Assembly: GCA_963828365.1 (NCBI GenBank) | Contig: CAWHEE010000031.1 | Coordinates: 4,820-68,819 of the forward strand | Source: an uncultured Alphaproteobacteria bacterium | Lineage (GTDB): Bacteria > Pseudomonadota > Alphaproteobacteria > Caulobacterales > Caulobacteraceae | Direction: 5' to 3' | DNA length: 64,000 bases | Shown here: piece by piece, positions 51,950 through 61,847 of the stretch | Layout of the letters: every line of letters begins with the position of its first letter | Position numbering within the stretch: the first letter of the stretch is position 1 | Made by a program: the position numbers and the translations under genes | Notes under the pieces: generated by a model | The model's input: the letters and a program-made list of their open reading frames with translations, nothing else | What the model was told of the DNA's origin: nothing | Database searches by the model: none

Positions 51950-54119
51950 ATGGAGCTTTGGGGCGGCCACGAACCGACGATCAACCGGGTTGGCGAGGTG
52001 TACTTCGACCAATCCCTACTGAACGGCCACCAGCAACGACCGGGCGACATCGCCCTCTTCGCCTCTCTCGGGATCAAGGCGTTGCGTTACCCGGCCCTCT
52101 GGGAAGCGATTTCGCCCCGCGAACCGGGCGAGTCCGACTGGACCAACCTCGACACCCGCCTGGCGCAACTGCGTGACAGCGGCCTTCGGCCGATCGTCGG
52201 CCTGATCCACCATGGGGCCGGCCCGCGCTACGCGGGCCTGCTCACCGAGCGGTTCGCGCCCGGGCTGGCGTCGCACGCCGAAGCGGTGGCGCGGCGCTAT
52301 CCATGGATCAGCGACTGGACCCCGGTGAACGAGCCTCTGACGACAGCGCGCTTCTCGGCGCAATATGGGCACTGGCACCCGCACGCCCGGCACGAGCCGA
52401 CCTTCTGGCGGGCGCTGCTCAACCAGATCGACGCCACCCGCCTGGCCATGCGCGCGATCAGACGGATCAATCCGGCGTCTCGCCTCGTCCAGACCGAGGA
52501 TCTGGGCCGCACCTGGTCGACTCCCGCGCTGCGCGATCAGGCGCGTTTCGACAACCAGCGACGATGGATGACCTGGGACCTGCTGTGCGGATGCGTCGGC
52601 GGAGATCATCCGCTGTGGGAGCGGCTGACCGAAATGGGGCTGGGCGATAGACTGAAGGCCATCCTGGACGACCCCTGCCCGCCCGATATCGTCGGAATAA
52701 ATCACTACCTGACCAGCGACCGGTTTCTGGACGAACGGCTCGAACGCTACCCGGCGGCGCTGCACGGGGGCAACGACCGCCAGCGCTACGCGGACGTCGA
52801 GGCGGTCCGGGTGATGGTTCCGGGACCGGACCTGATCGGCGGAGCCCTGGAGGAGACGTGGGCCAGATATCGCATTCCACTGGCGATCACCGAGGTGCAC
52901 AACGGCTGCACGCGGGAAGAGCAGATGCGCTGGATCGCCGAGGCCTGGATGGCGGCGAGGGTCTGCAATGCCAATGGGGCGACGGGTCGAGGCCGTCACG
53001 ATCTGGGCCCTCCTGGGCTCGCACAACTGGCGAACCCTGCTGCGGTGGCTTGACGGCAGCTATGAGGTGGGAGCCTTCGACGTGCGCGCCGACCCGCCGA
53101 GGCCCACGGCCATCGCGCGGCTGATCGCCACGATCGCGCGGGACGGTGTCGCCGGCCATCCACTGTGTGGCGGCGAGGGATGGTGGCGACGCGACATACG
53201 CCTGCTGCATCCCCCGGCGGTGCGGCCGGCGGATGCCCAGGGTCGGCCGAGCGCGAGGCTGACGGTCCGCGCCTCCGCGCCGCCGGTGCTGATCACGGGC
53301 GCGTCCGGCACTCTGGGCCGGGCCTTCGCCGCGTCCTGCGAGCGGCGCGGTCTCGATTATGTGCTGACCGACCGCCGCCAGCTCTGCCTCGGCGACCCGG
53401 CGTCGATGCTCGCCCGCCTTCGGGACCGGCGTCCCTGGGCGGTCATCAACACCGCGGGCTTCGTGCGGGTCGACGAGGCCGAGGCCGATCCCGCCCCCTG
53501 CCTGGCCGCCAACGCCACCGGCGCGATCGAACTGGCGCGGATGTGCGTCGACCGGGGAATCCCGATCGTGTCCTTCTCGAGCGACCTGGTGTTCGACGGG
53601 TCCGCGGGCCGGCCTCTGGTCGAGAGCGACCCCACCTCGCCGATCTGCGTCTACGGTCGGAGCAAGGCGGCTCTGGAGCAAGGCCTCCAAGCCATGGGCT
53701 CGGGCACGCTGATCATCCGCACCGCCGCCTTCTTTTCCAGCCGCGACCCGTTCAATTTCGCCCATGAGGTGGTGCGGCGGCTGTCGAACGGCGACTCCAT
53801 CGCGGCCGCCGAGGACCTCATCGTCTCGCCGACCCACGTTCCCGATCTGGTCGATGCCGTCCTCGATCTGCTGATCGACGGCGAGGCAGGCATCTGGCAT
53901 GTCGCCAATGCCGGCGAGGCCAGTTGGGCCGGCTTCGCCGGCCAGATCGCCGACGCCTGCCGGCTTGATCGGCGCAAGGTGCGGCCCGTTCCCTGGCGGA
54001 CGCTCGGCCTGCGGGCGCCCCGGCCGCGGTATGTCGCCCTCGGAACGCAGCGCACCGCCCTGCTGCCGCCCCTGGCCGAGAGCGTCGCTCTGTTCGCGCG
54101 TGAGATGGCGGAAGCCTGA
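51950..54119 (+). CDS. Glycoside hydrolase family 1-like domain fused to an RmlD-like dTDP-sugar reductase (indel near 52975)
   Basis: WTPVNEP and AITEVH catalytic Glu motifs; ITGASGTLG, SSDLVFDG, YGRSK, SPTHVPDL. Confidence 0.88.
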
Positions 54120-54202
54120 AGCCCTCGCTTGCTTCGGGGCGGCATCCTTTGCCCCGGCCCGGGAATTCCCCGAGGCGAATCGTACCGGGCGAGGGCCGTG
54201 CT

Positions 54203-54910
54203 TCAGCCGGCCGTGGCGGCGCCCAGCGAGGCGTCGATACGCTGGCGCGTGACAGCGTAACATTCGCACGAGCGCAGACGCAGCCTCGCCCGGTCCAGAA
54301 TCTCCACCTTGCCCCGCATGACCCTGATGATCCCCTGCTCCTGCAGATCCGCCACCGCGCTCGTCACGCTGGTCCGCTGGACCCCCAGCATCGCGGCGAT
54401 GAATTCCTGGGTCAGCGGCAGGACATCGCCGTCGACATAGTCGGCGCAGGTCAGCAGCCATCGGCAGAGACGGGCGTCGACCTTGTGGCGCGCATTGCAG
54501 GCCGAGCATTGCGCCATGAAACCCCAGACGGTGCGGATGTGGCGATGGATCACGGCGGCCAGGGAAATGCTCTGGTTGTAGGCCTCCCGCAGGGCGCGCG
54601 CGCTCATGCGGGCGCCCTCCCCCGCGATCTGGATGACGTCACGGGTATAGGACCTGCACGGTTCCTGCGCCGCCATCAGGCCAAATCCGGTCTCGTTGCC
54701 CATGGTGCAGCATTCCACCTCGGACCCGTCGCGCAGGATATTGAGCATCGAGACCACGCCGCGAAATGGAAAATTGATCGTCTCGATCTCCTGGTCCGCG
54801 TCGGACAGTATCTCGCCGAGTGGCAAGTCGACCATCTCCAGGTGTGGCTCGATCAGGGAAAAATCGCCCGGGCTCAATCCGCCGAGCAGTCCGTTCCGGG
54901 AATACGTCAT
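54203..54910 (-). CDS. Crp/Fnr-family transcriptional regulator (paralogue 2)
   Basis: About 44 substitutions over about 230 aligned residues versus 37791-38513 (manual count); identical LGVQRTSV helix. Confidence 0.93.
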   Translation of the reverse strand: MTYSRNGLLGGLSPGDFSLIEPHLEMVDLPLGEILSDADQEIETINFPFRGVVSMLNILRDGSEVECCTMGNETGFGLMAAQEPCRSYTRDVIQIAGEGARMSARALREAYNQSISLAAVIHRHIRTVWGFMAQCSACNARHKVDARLCRWLLTCADYVDGDVLPLTQEFIAAMLGVQRTSVTSAVADLQEQGIIRVMRGKVEILDRARLRLRSCECYAVTRQRIDASLGAATAG

Positions 54911-54991
54911 TCCGCTCCTGTAAGGAGCGGCAGCCCAAGGAATACTTTCGCCAGTCCCGCGGCGATCTTATCGCTTTAATTGCCGAGATGT

Positions 54992-55007
54992 TGTCGTATT
55001 TCCGACA
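54992..55007. promoter_or_regulatory. Putative Crp-family operator, site 3
   Basis: TGTCGT-ATTT-CCGACA; near edge 82 nt from the paralogue 2 start. Confidence 0.6.
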
Positions 55008-55086
55008 TAGACATTTCGCAAACGTCATCACTCCGCTGGACCGGGCTGACATTCGACGCGAGTGGTCTGCCGGGGTCGCGGACTGG

Positions 55087-55320
55087 TCATCGAGGTGCGT
55101 CGGTCGGGATCGCGCCCTCGAGGTCGGCGAGCGCCAGTTGTCCGTCCCACGTCTCGACGAGGATTTCGATTTTGGCGCCCGAGGCGGCCACCTCCCGGGC
55201 GCTTGCCCAAGCGGCCTCGAGCGCTTGCTCACGGCTTGGATACCAGCCGGCCGGGTCCAGGTTCCGGAAAACCTTCCAGCCGCCGCCAATGCGGAAAACA
55301 CCATAACGTTCGGACGACAT
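55087..55320 (-). CDS. Small hypothetical protein
   Basis: GGAGGCGGAG SD; MSSERYGVFRIGGGWKV...YPSREQALEAAW. Confidence 0.7.
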   Translation of the reverse strand: MSSERYGVFRIGGGWKVFRNLDPAGWYPSREQALEAAWASAREVAASGAKIEILVETWDGQLALADLEGAIPTDAPR

Positions 55321-55380
55321 TGCTCCGCCTCCATCCGGACTACGAGCCCCGTTACCGTGGCGTATTCCAAGCAGCGCGTC

Positions 55381-55396
55381 TGTAGGCAATCCGACA
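55381..55396. promoter_or_regulatory. Putative Crp-family operator, site 4
   Basis: TGTAGG-CAAT-CCGACA between the small gene and the hemerythrin fusion. Confidence 0.55.
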
Positions 55397-55446
55397 ATGG
55401 AACCGCCCACGGAAAAAATCCCTGATATTCAAAGAGTAAAAAATCT

Positions 55447-55472
55447 GGAACCCCGATTGGATGGTTCCTGTT
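55447..55472 (+). promoter_or_regulatory. Putative sigmaT/EcfG promoter
   Basis: GGAAC-N17-TGTT upstream of the hemerythrin fusion. Confidence 0.5.
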
Positions 55473-55569
55473 TGGCAAGCCGGAACGCGATGGCCACGGC
55501 GTGATGCCACGAAATCTCGCCGAATTGCTGGCGCATTCCGAACTATCGCAACTTTTATTGGGTGGAACC

Positions 55570-57087
55570 ATGCCGCAGCAAAAAGAGACAAACGACACCA
55601 ACAGCAGGAAAACCGCTCAAGGGCCCGAAACCGAGGACAAGGCCTCGCCACCGGCGAAGGATGCGGCGGCGAAGGATGCGGCGGCGAAGGATGCGCCGGT
55701 AAAGGAGACGGGCGCGGCCGGGGCCGCCAGCGCGGTCGAGGCGCTGAAGGCCGACCACCGCAAGGTCGAGTCGCTGTTCGCGCAATACGAAAAGGCGGCG
55801 AGCGGCCAGAAGCGGGCCCTGATCGAACAGGTGTGCACGGAACTGACCATCCACGCCACTCTGGAGGAAGAGCTGTTCTATCCGGCCTGCCGCAAGGCGA
55901 GTTCCGACGAGGATCCGCTCGACGAAGCGCAGGTCGAACACGACAGCGCCAAGATCCTGATCGCCGAATTGCTGAGCGATCTGGAAGACGAGCAATACCG
56001 CGACGCCAAGGTCACCGTCCTGGCGGAGCAGATCAAACACCATGTCGCCGAAGAGGAAGCCCCCTCGACCGGCATCATGGCGAAGGGCCAGAGCGCCGGC
56101 GTCGACACCCCGGACCTGGCCCGGCGTCTGCAAGAGCGCAGACAGGCCCTGATGGGCCGCGCGGGCGGCCCCCCGCCGCCGCGCCTGGTGTCGCTGACCC
56201 ACCTCAACCGACTTCTCGAAGGCCAACGCAAGGAGGATTCCATGGCCCGAACCCAAGGCTCCAACGACCGGGACGAGCGCGGTCGCTTCATGAGCGACGA
56301 CGACGATCGCGGCTCGAACCGCAACTACGGATCTCGCTCCGGCGGCGGCCGGGAGCGTGACGATGACGACGACCGGCGCTATGCCAGCCGCGGTCGCGAC
56401 GACGAGGACCGCCCCGGTTGGCGCGGTGATCCCGAGGGCCATTCCGAGGCCTCTCGCCGCGGTTGGGAGAACCGCGACGGCGGCCGCGCCAGCGCTTCGC
56501 GTGGCGACGACGACCGGCGCACCAGCCGGGGCCGCGACGACGACAACGACGGCCGCGGCTGGTACGGCGACTCGCGCGGTCATTCCGAGGCCTCGCGCCG
56601 CGGCTGGGACAACTCCGACCACGGTCCGAGCGGCTGGTATGGCGACTCGCGTGGCCACGCCGAGGCTTCCCGCCGCGGCTGGGACAATCCCGACCACGGG
56701 CGCAGCGGATGGTTCGGTGACAGCGAAGGTCACTCGGAGGCCTCGCGTCGCGGCTGGGAAGACCGTGGAGCCGGCAACGGCAACGGCAATGGCAATGGGG
56801 GCGGCGGCCGGGGCGGTTCGCGCGGCGAAGACGACCGCGACTATCGCTCGCGCGGCGCTTCCAACGACCGTGACCGCGACGACCGGGGACGGTTCACCAA
56901 TGACGACGATCGCGACTACCGCTCCCGCGGGTCCTCGGGCGGCTCGAACGATCGCGACCGCGACGACCGCGGACGGTTCACCAGCGACGACGACCGTGAC
57001 CGTTCCGGCGGCCGGGGCCGCGGCGGCTGGTTCGGCGACTCGCGCGGCCATTCCGAGGCCGCCCGCCGTGGACGCGACGACCGCTGA
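55570..57087 (+). CDS. Hemerythrin/HHE domain fused to a disordered Arg/Asp/Gly repeat region
   Basis: LKADHRKV, HATLEEELFYP, EAQVEH, HHVAEEE; five GWxGDxxGHxEAxRRG repeats. Confidence 0.85.
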   Translation: MPQQKETNDTNSRKTAQGPETEDKASPPAKDAAAKDAAAKDAPVKETGAAGAASAVEALKADHRKVESLFAQYEKAASGQKRALIEQVCTELTIHATLEEELFYPACRKASSDEDPLDEAQVEHDSAKILIAELLSDLEDEQYRDAKVTVLAEQIKHHVAEEEAPSTGIMAKGQSAGVDTPDLARRLQERRQALMGRAGGPPPPRLVSLTHLNRLLEGQRKEDSMARTQGSNDRDERGRFMSDDDDRGSNRNYGSRSGGGRERDDDDDRRYASRGRDDEDRPGWRGDPEGHSEASRRGWENRDGGRASASRGDDDRRTSRGRDDDNDGRGWYGDSRGHSEASRRGWDNSDHGPSGWYGDSRGHAEASRRGWDNPDHGRSGWFGDSEGHSEASRRGWEDRGAGNGNGNGNGGGGRGGSRGEDDRDYRSRGASNDRDRDDRGRFTNDDDRDYRSRGSSGGSNDRDRDDRGRFTSDDDRDRSGGRGRGGWFGDSRGHSEAARRGRDDR

Positions 57088-57107
57088 TCGACGATGATCG
57101 ACGCCGA

Positions 57108-57134
57108 GCGCGGCCGCCCCTCGGGCGGCCGCGC
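57108..57134. terminator. GC-rich hairpin between convergent genes
   Basis: 12-bp stem GCGCGGCCGCCC/GGGCGGCCGCGC; no U-tract. Confidence 0.4.
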
Positions 57135-57158
57135 GACGCGTGAACCCCGCCGCGCCGC

Positions 57159-57680
57159 CTATTCCGTCTCGGCCGGCCGATCGACCACGATCACCCCCTC
57201 GGCCAGCCGCACGTCGGGAACCACCGCGCGGGTGAACGGCGCCCACCAGGTCGGGCCCTGCTCGGCCGGTTCGATTTCGAGCAGGTCGCCGGCCCCGAAA
57301 TTGTGCACCGACCTGACCTTGCCGAGCACCGCGCCGGCCGGCGACACCGCCGCCAGTCCCACCAGGTCGGCCAGATAGAAGTCGTCCTCTCCGATCTCCG
57401 GCAGGACGTCGCGGTGAATGTACAGGCGCAGGCCGCGCAGGGCCTGCGCCTGTTCGCGCGTCGCCACCTCGCGGGCCCGTCCGACCACCGCCCCCTTGTC
57501 GATCCGGCCGGACAGCAGGGTCAGCGCCGGCTGGCCGGCCTCGTCGAGCAGCGGGCTGTAATCGAGCAGGCTGGCCGGCTCGGCGGTAAAGGCGGTCACC
57601 CGCACCTCGCCGCGCACGCCGAAGGCGCCGGCCACCTGAGCGACCAGCAGCAGGCGCGGCGCGGGCGAACCGGCGATCAC
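57159..57680 (-). CDS. rimM: Ribosome maturation factor RimM
   Basis: GAFGVRGEV, FYLADLVG, HNFGAGDLLEI, PFTRAVVP; directly downstream of rpsP. Confidence 0.95.
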   Translation of the reverse strand: MIAGSPAPRLLLVAQVAGAFGVRGEVRVTAFTAEPASLLDYSPLLDEAGQPALTLLSGRIDKGAVVGRAREVATREQAQALRGLRLYIHRDVLPEIGEDDFYLADLVGLAAVSPAGAVLGKVRSVHNFGAGDLLEIEPAEQGPTWWAPFTRAVVPDVRLAEGVIVVDRPAETE

Positions 57681-58315
57681 TCCGGTTCGGCGGCCGCCCC
57701 GACAGCGGGTTCCGCGGCAGGCTCGCCGGCGGGTTCCGCGGAGGATTCGCCGGCGGGTTCCGCGGCCGCGACGGGCTGCTCGGCCGCCGGCTGCTCGCGC
57801 CTCGGCCGCGGCCTCCTCGACCGGGGCCGGGCCGGCCGAGGTTTCCTCGGCGACGACGGCCGCCGGCTCGGCGACCAGTTCGGCCTCAGGCGCGGCCTCT
57901 CGACTCGACTTCAGGCTCGACTTCGGGCTCGGGGGCGGGCTCTTCCGGCGGCGGCGCGTTGGCGAGAGCCTCGGCAAGGGCGGCGGCGCGTTCGGCGCGT
58001 TCGGTGGCGCGTTCCTTGGCCTTGGCGTGCGGCTCGCCTTTCTTGGGATTGGCGCCGGCTTCCCAGTGGGTCAGGCCCTGCGCGGCCAGCAGGCGCGCGA
58101 CCCGTTCGCTGGGCTGGGCGCCCTTGCCGAGCCATTCGGTGATGCGTTCGCCCTTCAGCACCACGCGCATCGCGTCGTCCTTCTTGAGCAGCGGATTATA
58201 GGCTGCCGACCTTTTCGATGAACCGGCCGTCGCGCGGCGAATGGCTGTCGGCGACGACGACGGAATAATACGGGCGCTTCTTGGCGCCGCCGCGGGCGAG
58301 ACGAATCTTGAGCAT
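57677..58315 (-). CDS. rpsP: 30S ribosomal protein S16 with a long Glu/Pro/Ala tail (indels)
   Basis: [54 protein letters not shown]. Confidence 0.95.
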
Positions 58316-58354
58316 TGAAGGGAATGGACTTTCGGAGGTTTCAGGGTTGACGGG

Positions 58355-59867
58355 TCAGGGTTTCTTGAACGGGTTGAAGCTTGGCGGCGGGCCGCCGAGA
58401 CCGGGCAGGCCGCCGCCCGGCTTCTGATCGCCGCGCGGCATGGCGCCGCCGCCGAGCGACTTGAGACGATCGAGGCCGCCGCCGGCGGGCATTCGCCGGC
58501 GCCCGGCAGGCCCCCGGGCAGGCCGCCCATCATCGCGCCCAGCTTGGCGAAGCCCCTGCCGCCGCCCTTGGCCATCATCTTGAAGGCGTCCTGCATCTGG
58601 CGATGCTGTTTGAGCAGGCGGTTGACCTCGGCCACCTCGACGCCGGCCCCGGCGGCGATGCGGCGCTTGCGCGAGGCCTGCAGCATGTCGGGCTTCTTGC
58701 GCTCCTGGCGGGTCATCGAGCCGATGATCGCCCGCTGGCGCCGGAAGGTGGCGTCGGTCATGCCGGATTCGGCGATCTGCTTCTTCATCTTCTGGACGCC
58801 GGGCAACATGCCGACCAGGCCCTCCATGCCGCCCATGCGCTCCATCTGCGCCAGCTGGTCGGCCATGTCGTCGAGGTCGAAGCGGCCCTTGGCCAGCTTC
58901 TCGGCCATGGTGCGGGCCTTGGCCTCGTCGAGCTCGGCGGCGGCGCGCTCGACCAGGGCGACCACGTCGCCGCGGCCCAGGATCCGCCCGGCCACCCGCT
59001 GGGCGTCGAACACGTCCAGGGCGTCGATCTTCTCGCCGGTGCCGAGGAACTTGATCGGCAGGCCGGTGACGGCGCGCATCGAAAGCGCCGCGCCGCCGCG
59101 CGCGTCGCCGTCGGCCCGGGTCAGCACCAGGCCGGTCAGCGGCAGGCGCTCGTGGAACGCCTTGGCGGTGCGCACCGCGTCCTGACCGGTCAGGCTGTCG
59201 GCGACCAGCAGGGTCTCGGTCGGCGCGGCGATGCGGGCGATCTCGGCCGCCTCGCTCATCATCGCCTCGTCCAGGGTCGTGCGCCCGGCGGTGTCGAGGA
59301 TCAGCACGTCGAAGCCGCCGAGCCTGGCCGCCGACATCGCGCGGCGGGCGATGTCGGCCGGCGCCTGGCCGTGCAGGATCGGCAGGGTGTCGACGCCCGG
59401 CCTCCTTGCCGAGGATGGCCAGCTGCTCCATGGCCGCCGGGCGGCGCACGTCGAGCGAGGCCATGATCACCCGCTTGCGCTCGGTCCTGGAAAGCCGCAG
59501 GGCGAGCTTGGCCGACAAGGTGGTCTTGCCCGAGCCCTGCAGGCCGGCGACCAGGATCACGGTCGGCGGATTGAGCGCCAGGCGCAGGGGCTGCGGCCTC
59601 TTCGCCGCCCAGCATGTCGACCAGGCCGTCGTGGACGATCTTGATCACCTGGTCGGCCGGCTTGACCGAGCGGATCACCGCTTCGCCGAGCGCCTGCTGG
59701 CGGGCCTTGTCGATGAAGTCGCGCACCACCGGCAGGGCGACGTCGGCCTCGAGCAGGGCGACGCGCACCTCGCGCATCGCCGCGTCGATGTCCTTCTCGG
59801 ACAGCACGCCGCGGCCGGAAAGCCGGTCGAAGACGCCGGAAAGCCGATCGCTCAGACCTTCAAACAT
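58355..59867 (-). CDS. ffh: Signal recognition particle protein (indels)
   Basis: MFEGLSDRL, ALLEADV, GLQGSGKTT, DTAGR, GTGEK, RRIAAGAG. Confidence 0.96.
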
Positions 59868-59914
59868 TCAGACCTTGCAACCTTTTCCGCCTGCGTCCGA
59901 CCATCGGAACACCT

Positions 59915-59965
59915 ACCCACAACGACCAAAGCCCCCGTGCGCGATCACGCGGACGGGGGTCCCCG
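59915..59965 (-). ncRNA. Probable ffh leader RNA motif (boundaries approximate)
   Basis: Hairpin CCCCCGTCCGCGTGATCGCGCACGGGGG in the 5' region of ffh, where Alphaproteobacteria carry a known leader motif. Confidence 0.6.
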
Positions 59966-60135
59966 CCGCCCTCGTCCCGGCTTGGCCGGGGGTCGTGACG
60001 GTGGAGGCGCGATGCTGACATTGCGCGCAAGGCATGGCTTATGGCCCGGATGGGTGGCGACGGTCAAGATCGGGCCTCGCGAAGGCCGGGGCGGGCGTGG
60101 CTTTGCCTGCTGGGCCGGCGGAGCGGAGAGGAAGG

Positions 60136-60289
60136 GTTCACCACAAAGGCACGAAGTACACGAAGAAATGCGAAGGCGACCGAGGGTTGGCCCTGCCGAA
60201 GGCGCAAATCACCCTCGACATGAGGTCGACGGCTTCGCCGTCATTAGGGCTCGGCGCACCTTCGTGTCCTTCGTGCCTTTGTGGTGAAC
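60136..60289. repeat. REP-like palindrome with arms built of 9-nt CACGAAG units
   Basis: GTTCACCACAAAGGCACGAAGTACACGAAG (60136-60165) versus the reverse complement of 60260-60289; 29/30 identical. Confidence 0.85.
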
Positions 60290-60385
60290 TCTTTCTTCCC
60301 GCCACCCCAACGCCGGCGCCGAGTGATCCACGCGTGGCGGGTCGCGCTATCAATCCGCGGGGCCAAGCCCGACCGGAGACACGCC

Positions 60386-60781
60386 ATGGAACGCAGGCTG
60401 TTGCAGATGGCCATGATCCTGGCCGGGGCGGTCCCGGTCGCCGGCGGGCTGCTGGGCGCGGTCGAGGGCGCGCGGGCGTTCGGGGCATGGCCGGGCGCGG
60501 CGGCGGACAGCCACATGCGCTATCTGTCGGGACTGCTGCTGGCTTTGGGCCTGGTCTACTGGACCTGCGTGCCCGGGGTCGAGCGTCGGGGCGGCGTCGT
60601 CCGGGTCCTGACCGTGCTGGTCGTCGCCGGCGGCCTGGCCCGGCTGGCGGGCGCCCTTTTCGTCGCCGACCCTGGCTCGATACGCTGGACCCTGGCCATG
60701 GAACTGGGCGTCGCCCCGGCGCTTTGGCTGTGGCAGGCGCGCATCGCCGGGCGCATGGACGCCCCGAAGGCGCGCGGCTAA
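60386..60781 (+). CDS. DUF4345-family membrane protein
   Basis: [41 protein letters not shown]. Confidence 0.8.
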   Translation: MERRLLQMAMILAGAVPVAGGLLGAVEGARAFGAWPGAAADSHMRYLSGLLLALGLVYWTCVPGVERRGGVVRVLTVLVVAGGLARLAGALFVADPGSIRWTLAMELGVAPALWLWQARIAGRMDAPKARG

Positions 60782-60789
60782 AGGGAGTC

Positions 60790-61649
60790 ATGGCGATCGG
60801 CGTGTTTGATTCCGGCGTCGGCGGCCTGAGCGTCCACCACGCCCTGGTCCGCCGCCTGCCCGCCGCCGACTTCATCTACCTGGCCGACCAGGCCAACACC
60901 CCCTACGGCGGGCCGGCCCGGCGAGGAGATCGTCGACCTGACCCGCGCCGGCTGCGAGCGGCTGTTCGAGCGAGGGCGCGACCTGGTCGTCCTGGCCTGC
61001 AACACCGCCGCCGCCATCGCCCTGCGCCGCCTGCAGCAGACCTGGCTGCCCGGCTACCGCCGCGCGCTGGGCCGGCCGGTCAACGTGCTGGGCATCATCG
61101 TGCCGACCATCGAGGCGGCCACCGGCCTGCCCTGGGAGCACGAGGCCGAGCGGCGCGGCGACAAGGTCGAGCAGCTGGACGTGCTGGGCATCTTCTCGAC
61201 CCCGGCCACCGCCGCCAGCCGGGTCTACGAGATCGAGATCGACAAGCGCCGCCAGGACGTGGCGGTGTTCTCCGAGCCCTGCCCCGACCTGGCGCGCGAT
61301 GATCGAGGCCGGCGCGCCGGACGGCGCAGCTGGCGCGCCGCGATCGCCGGCCACGTCGCGGCCCTGACCCGCCGCATCGGCCGCCCGCCCGACCGCGCCA
61401 TCCTCGGCTGCACCCACTATGAGATCATCGCCGACCTGTTCCGCGCCGCCCTGCCGCCCGGCACGCCGCTGATCCACCAGCCCCACGCCACCGCCGACGG
61501 CGATCGAGACGCTATCTCGACCCGCCACCCGGAATACGACCCCGGCTCCGCCGGCGCCCGCCGGTTCCTGACCACCGGCCGCGCCGGGACGCAGAACGGC
61601 CTGGTGTCACGACTTCTGGGGCGCCCCGCTGGCGTTCGACGCGGCGTGA
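60790..61649 (+). CDS. murI: Glutamate racemase (indels)
   Basis: [34 protein letters not shown]. Confidence 0.93.
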
Positions 61650-61847
61650 GGGGGGCGGGAGTGCAGGGTTAGGTAATTGAGCTTGGTCTAAATCTTATGC
61701 TGACGAGAGTTCTGACGAAGTAGCGTTTTGCCGAGCACGGCGGAATGTAATTTGTCGCGGGCCTTGGCGACGCGCGCTTTGTCCCCTGGCGTTTCGCGGT
61801 CCAGTGACTATGGTCTCGCACCGCGGTCAGAGAGGGAGTTAAGTTAA

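Noticed and set aside
37791-54910. Crp paralogues as terminal repeats of a composite transposon or an assembly duplication
   Set aside because: About 19% protein divergence, unrelated flanks, no transposase, and the stress genes continue past the second copy.
56400-57080. Periodic DNA repeats as a CRISPR array
   Set aside because: The repeats are in frame, vary at synonymous positions and encode peptide repeats; there are no cas genes in the window.
57677-58000. Long acidic Pro/Ala/Glu tail on S16 as novel
   Set aside because: Such C-terminal extensions are common in alphaproteobacterial S16.
57677-61649. Frameshifts in rpsP, ffh and murI (also ligD, the SDRs, the desaturase and the recombinase) as pseudogenes or programmed frameshifts
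   Set aside because: Essential genes are affected, catalytic motifs are intact and indels cluster regionally, which points to long-read consensus error.
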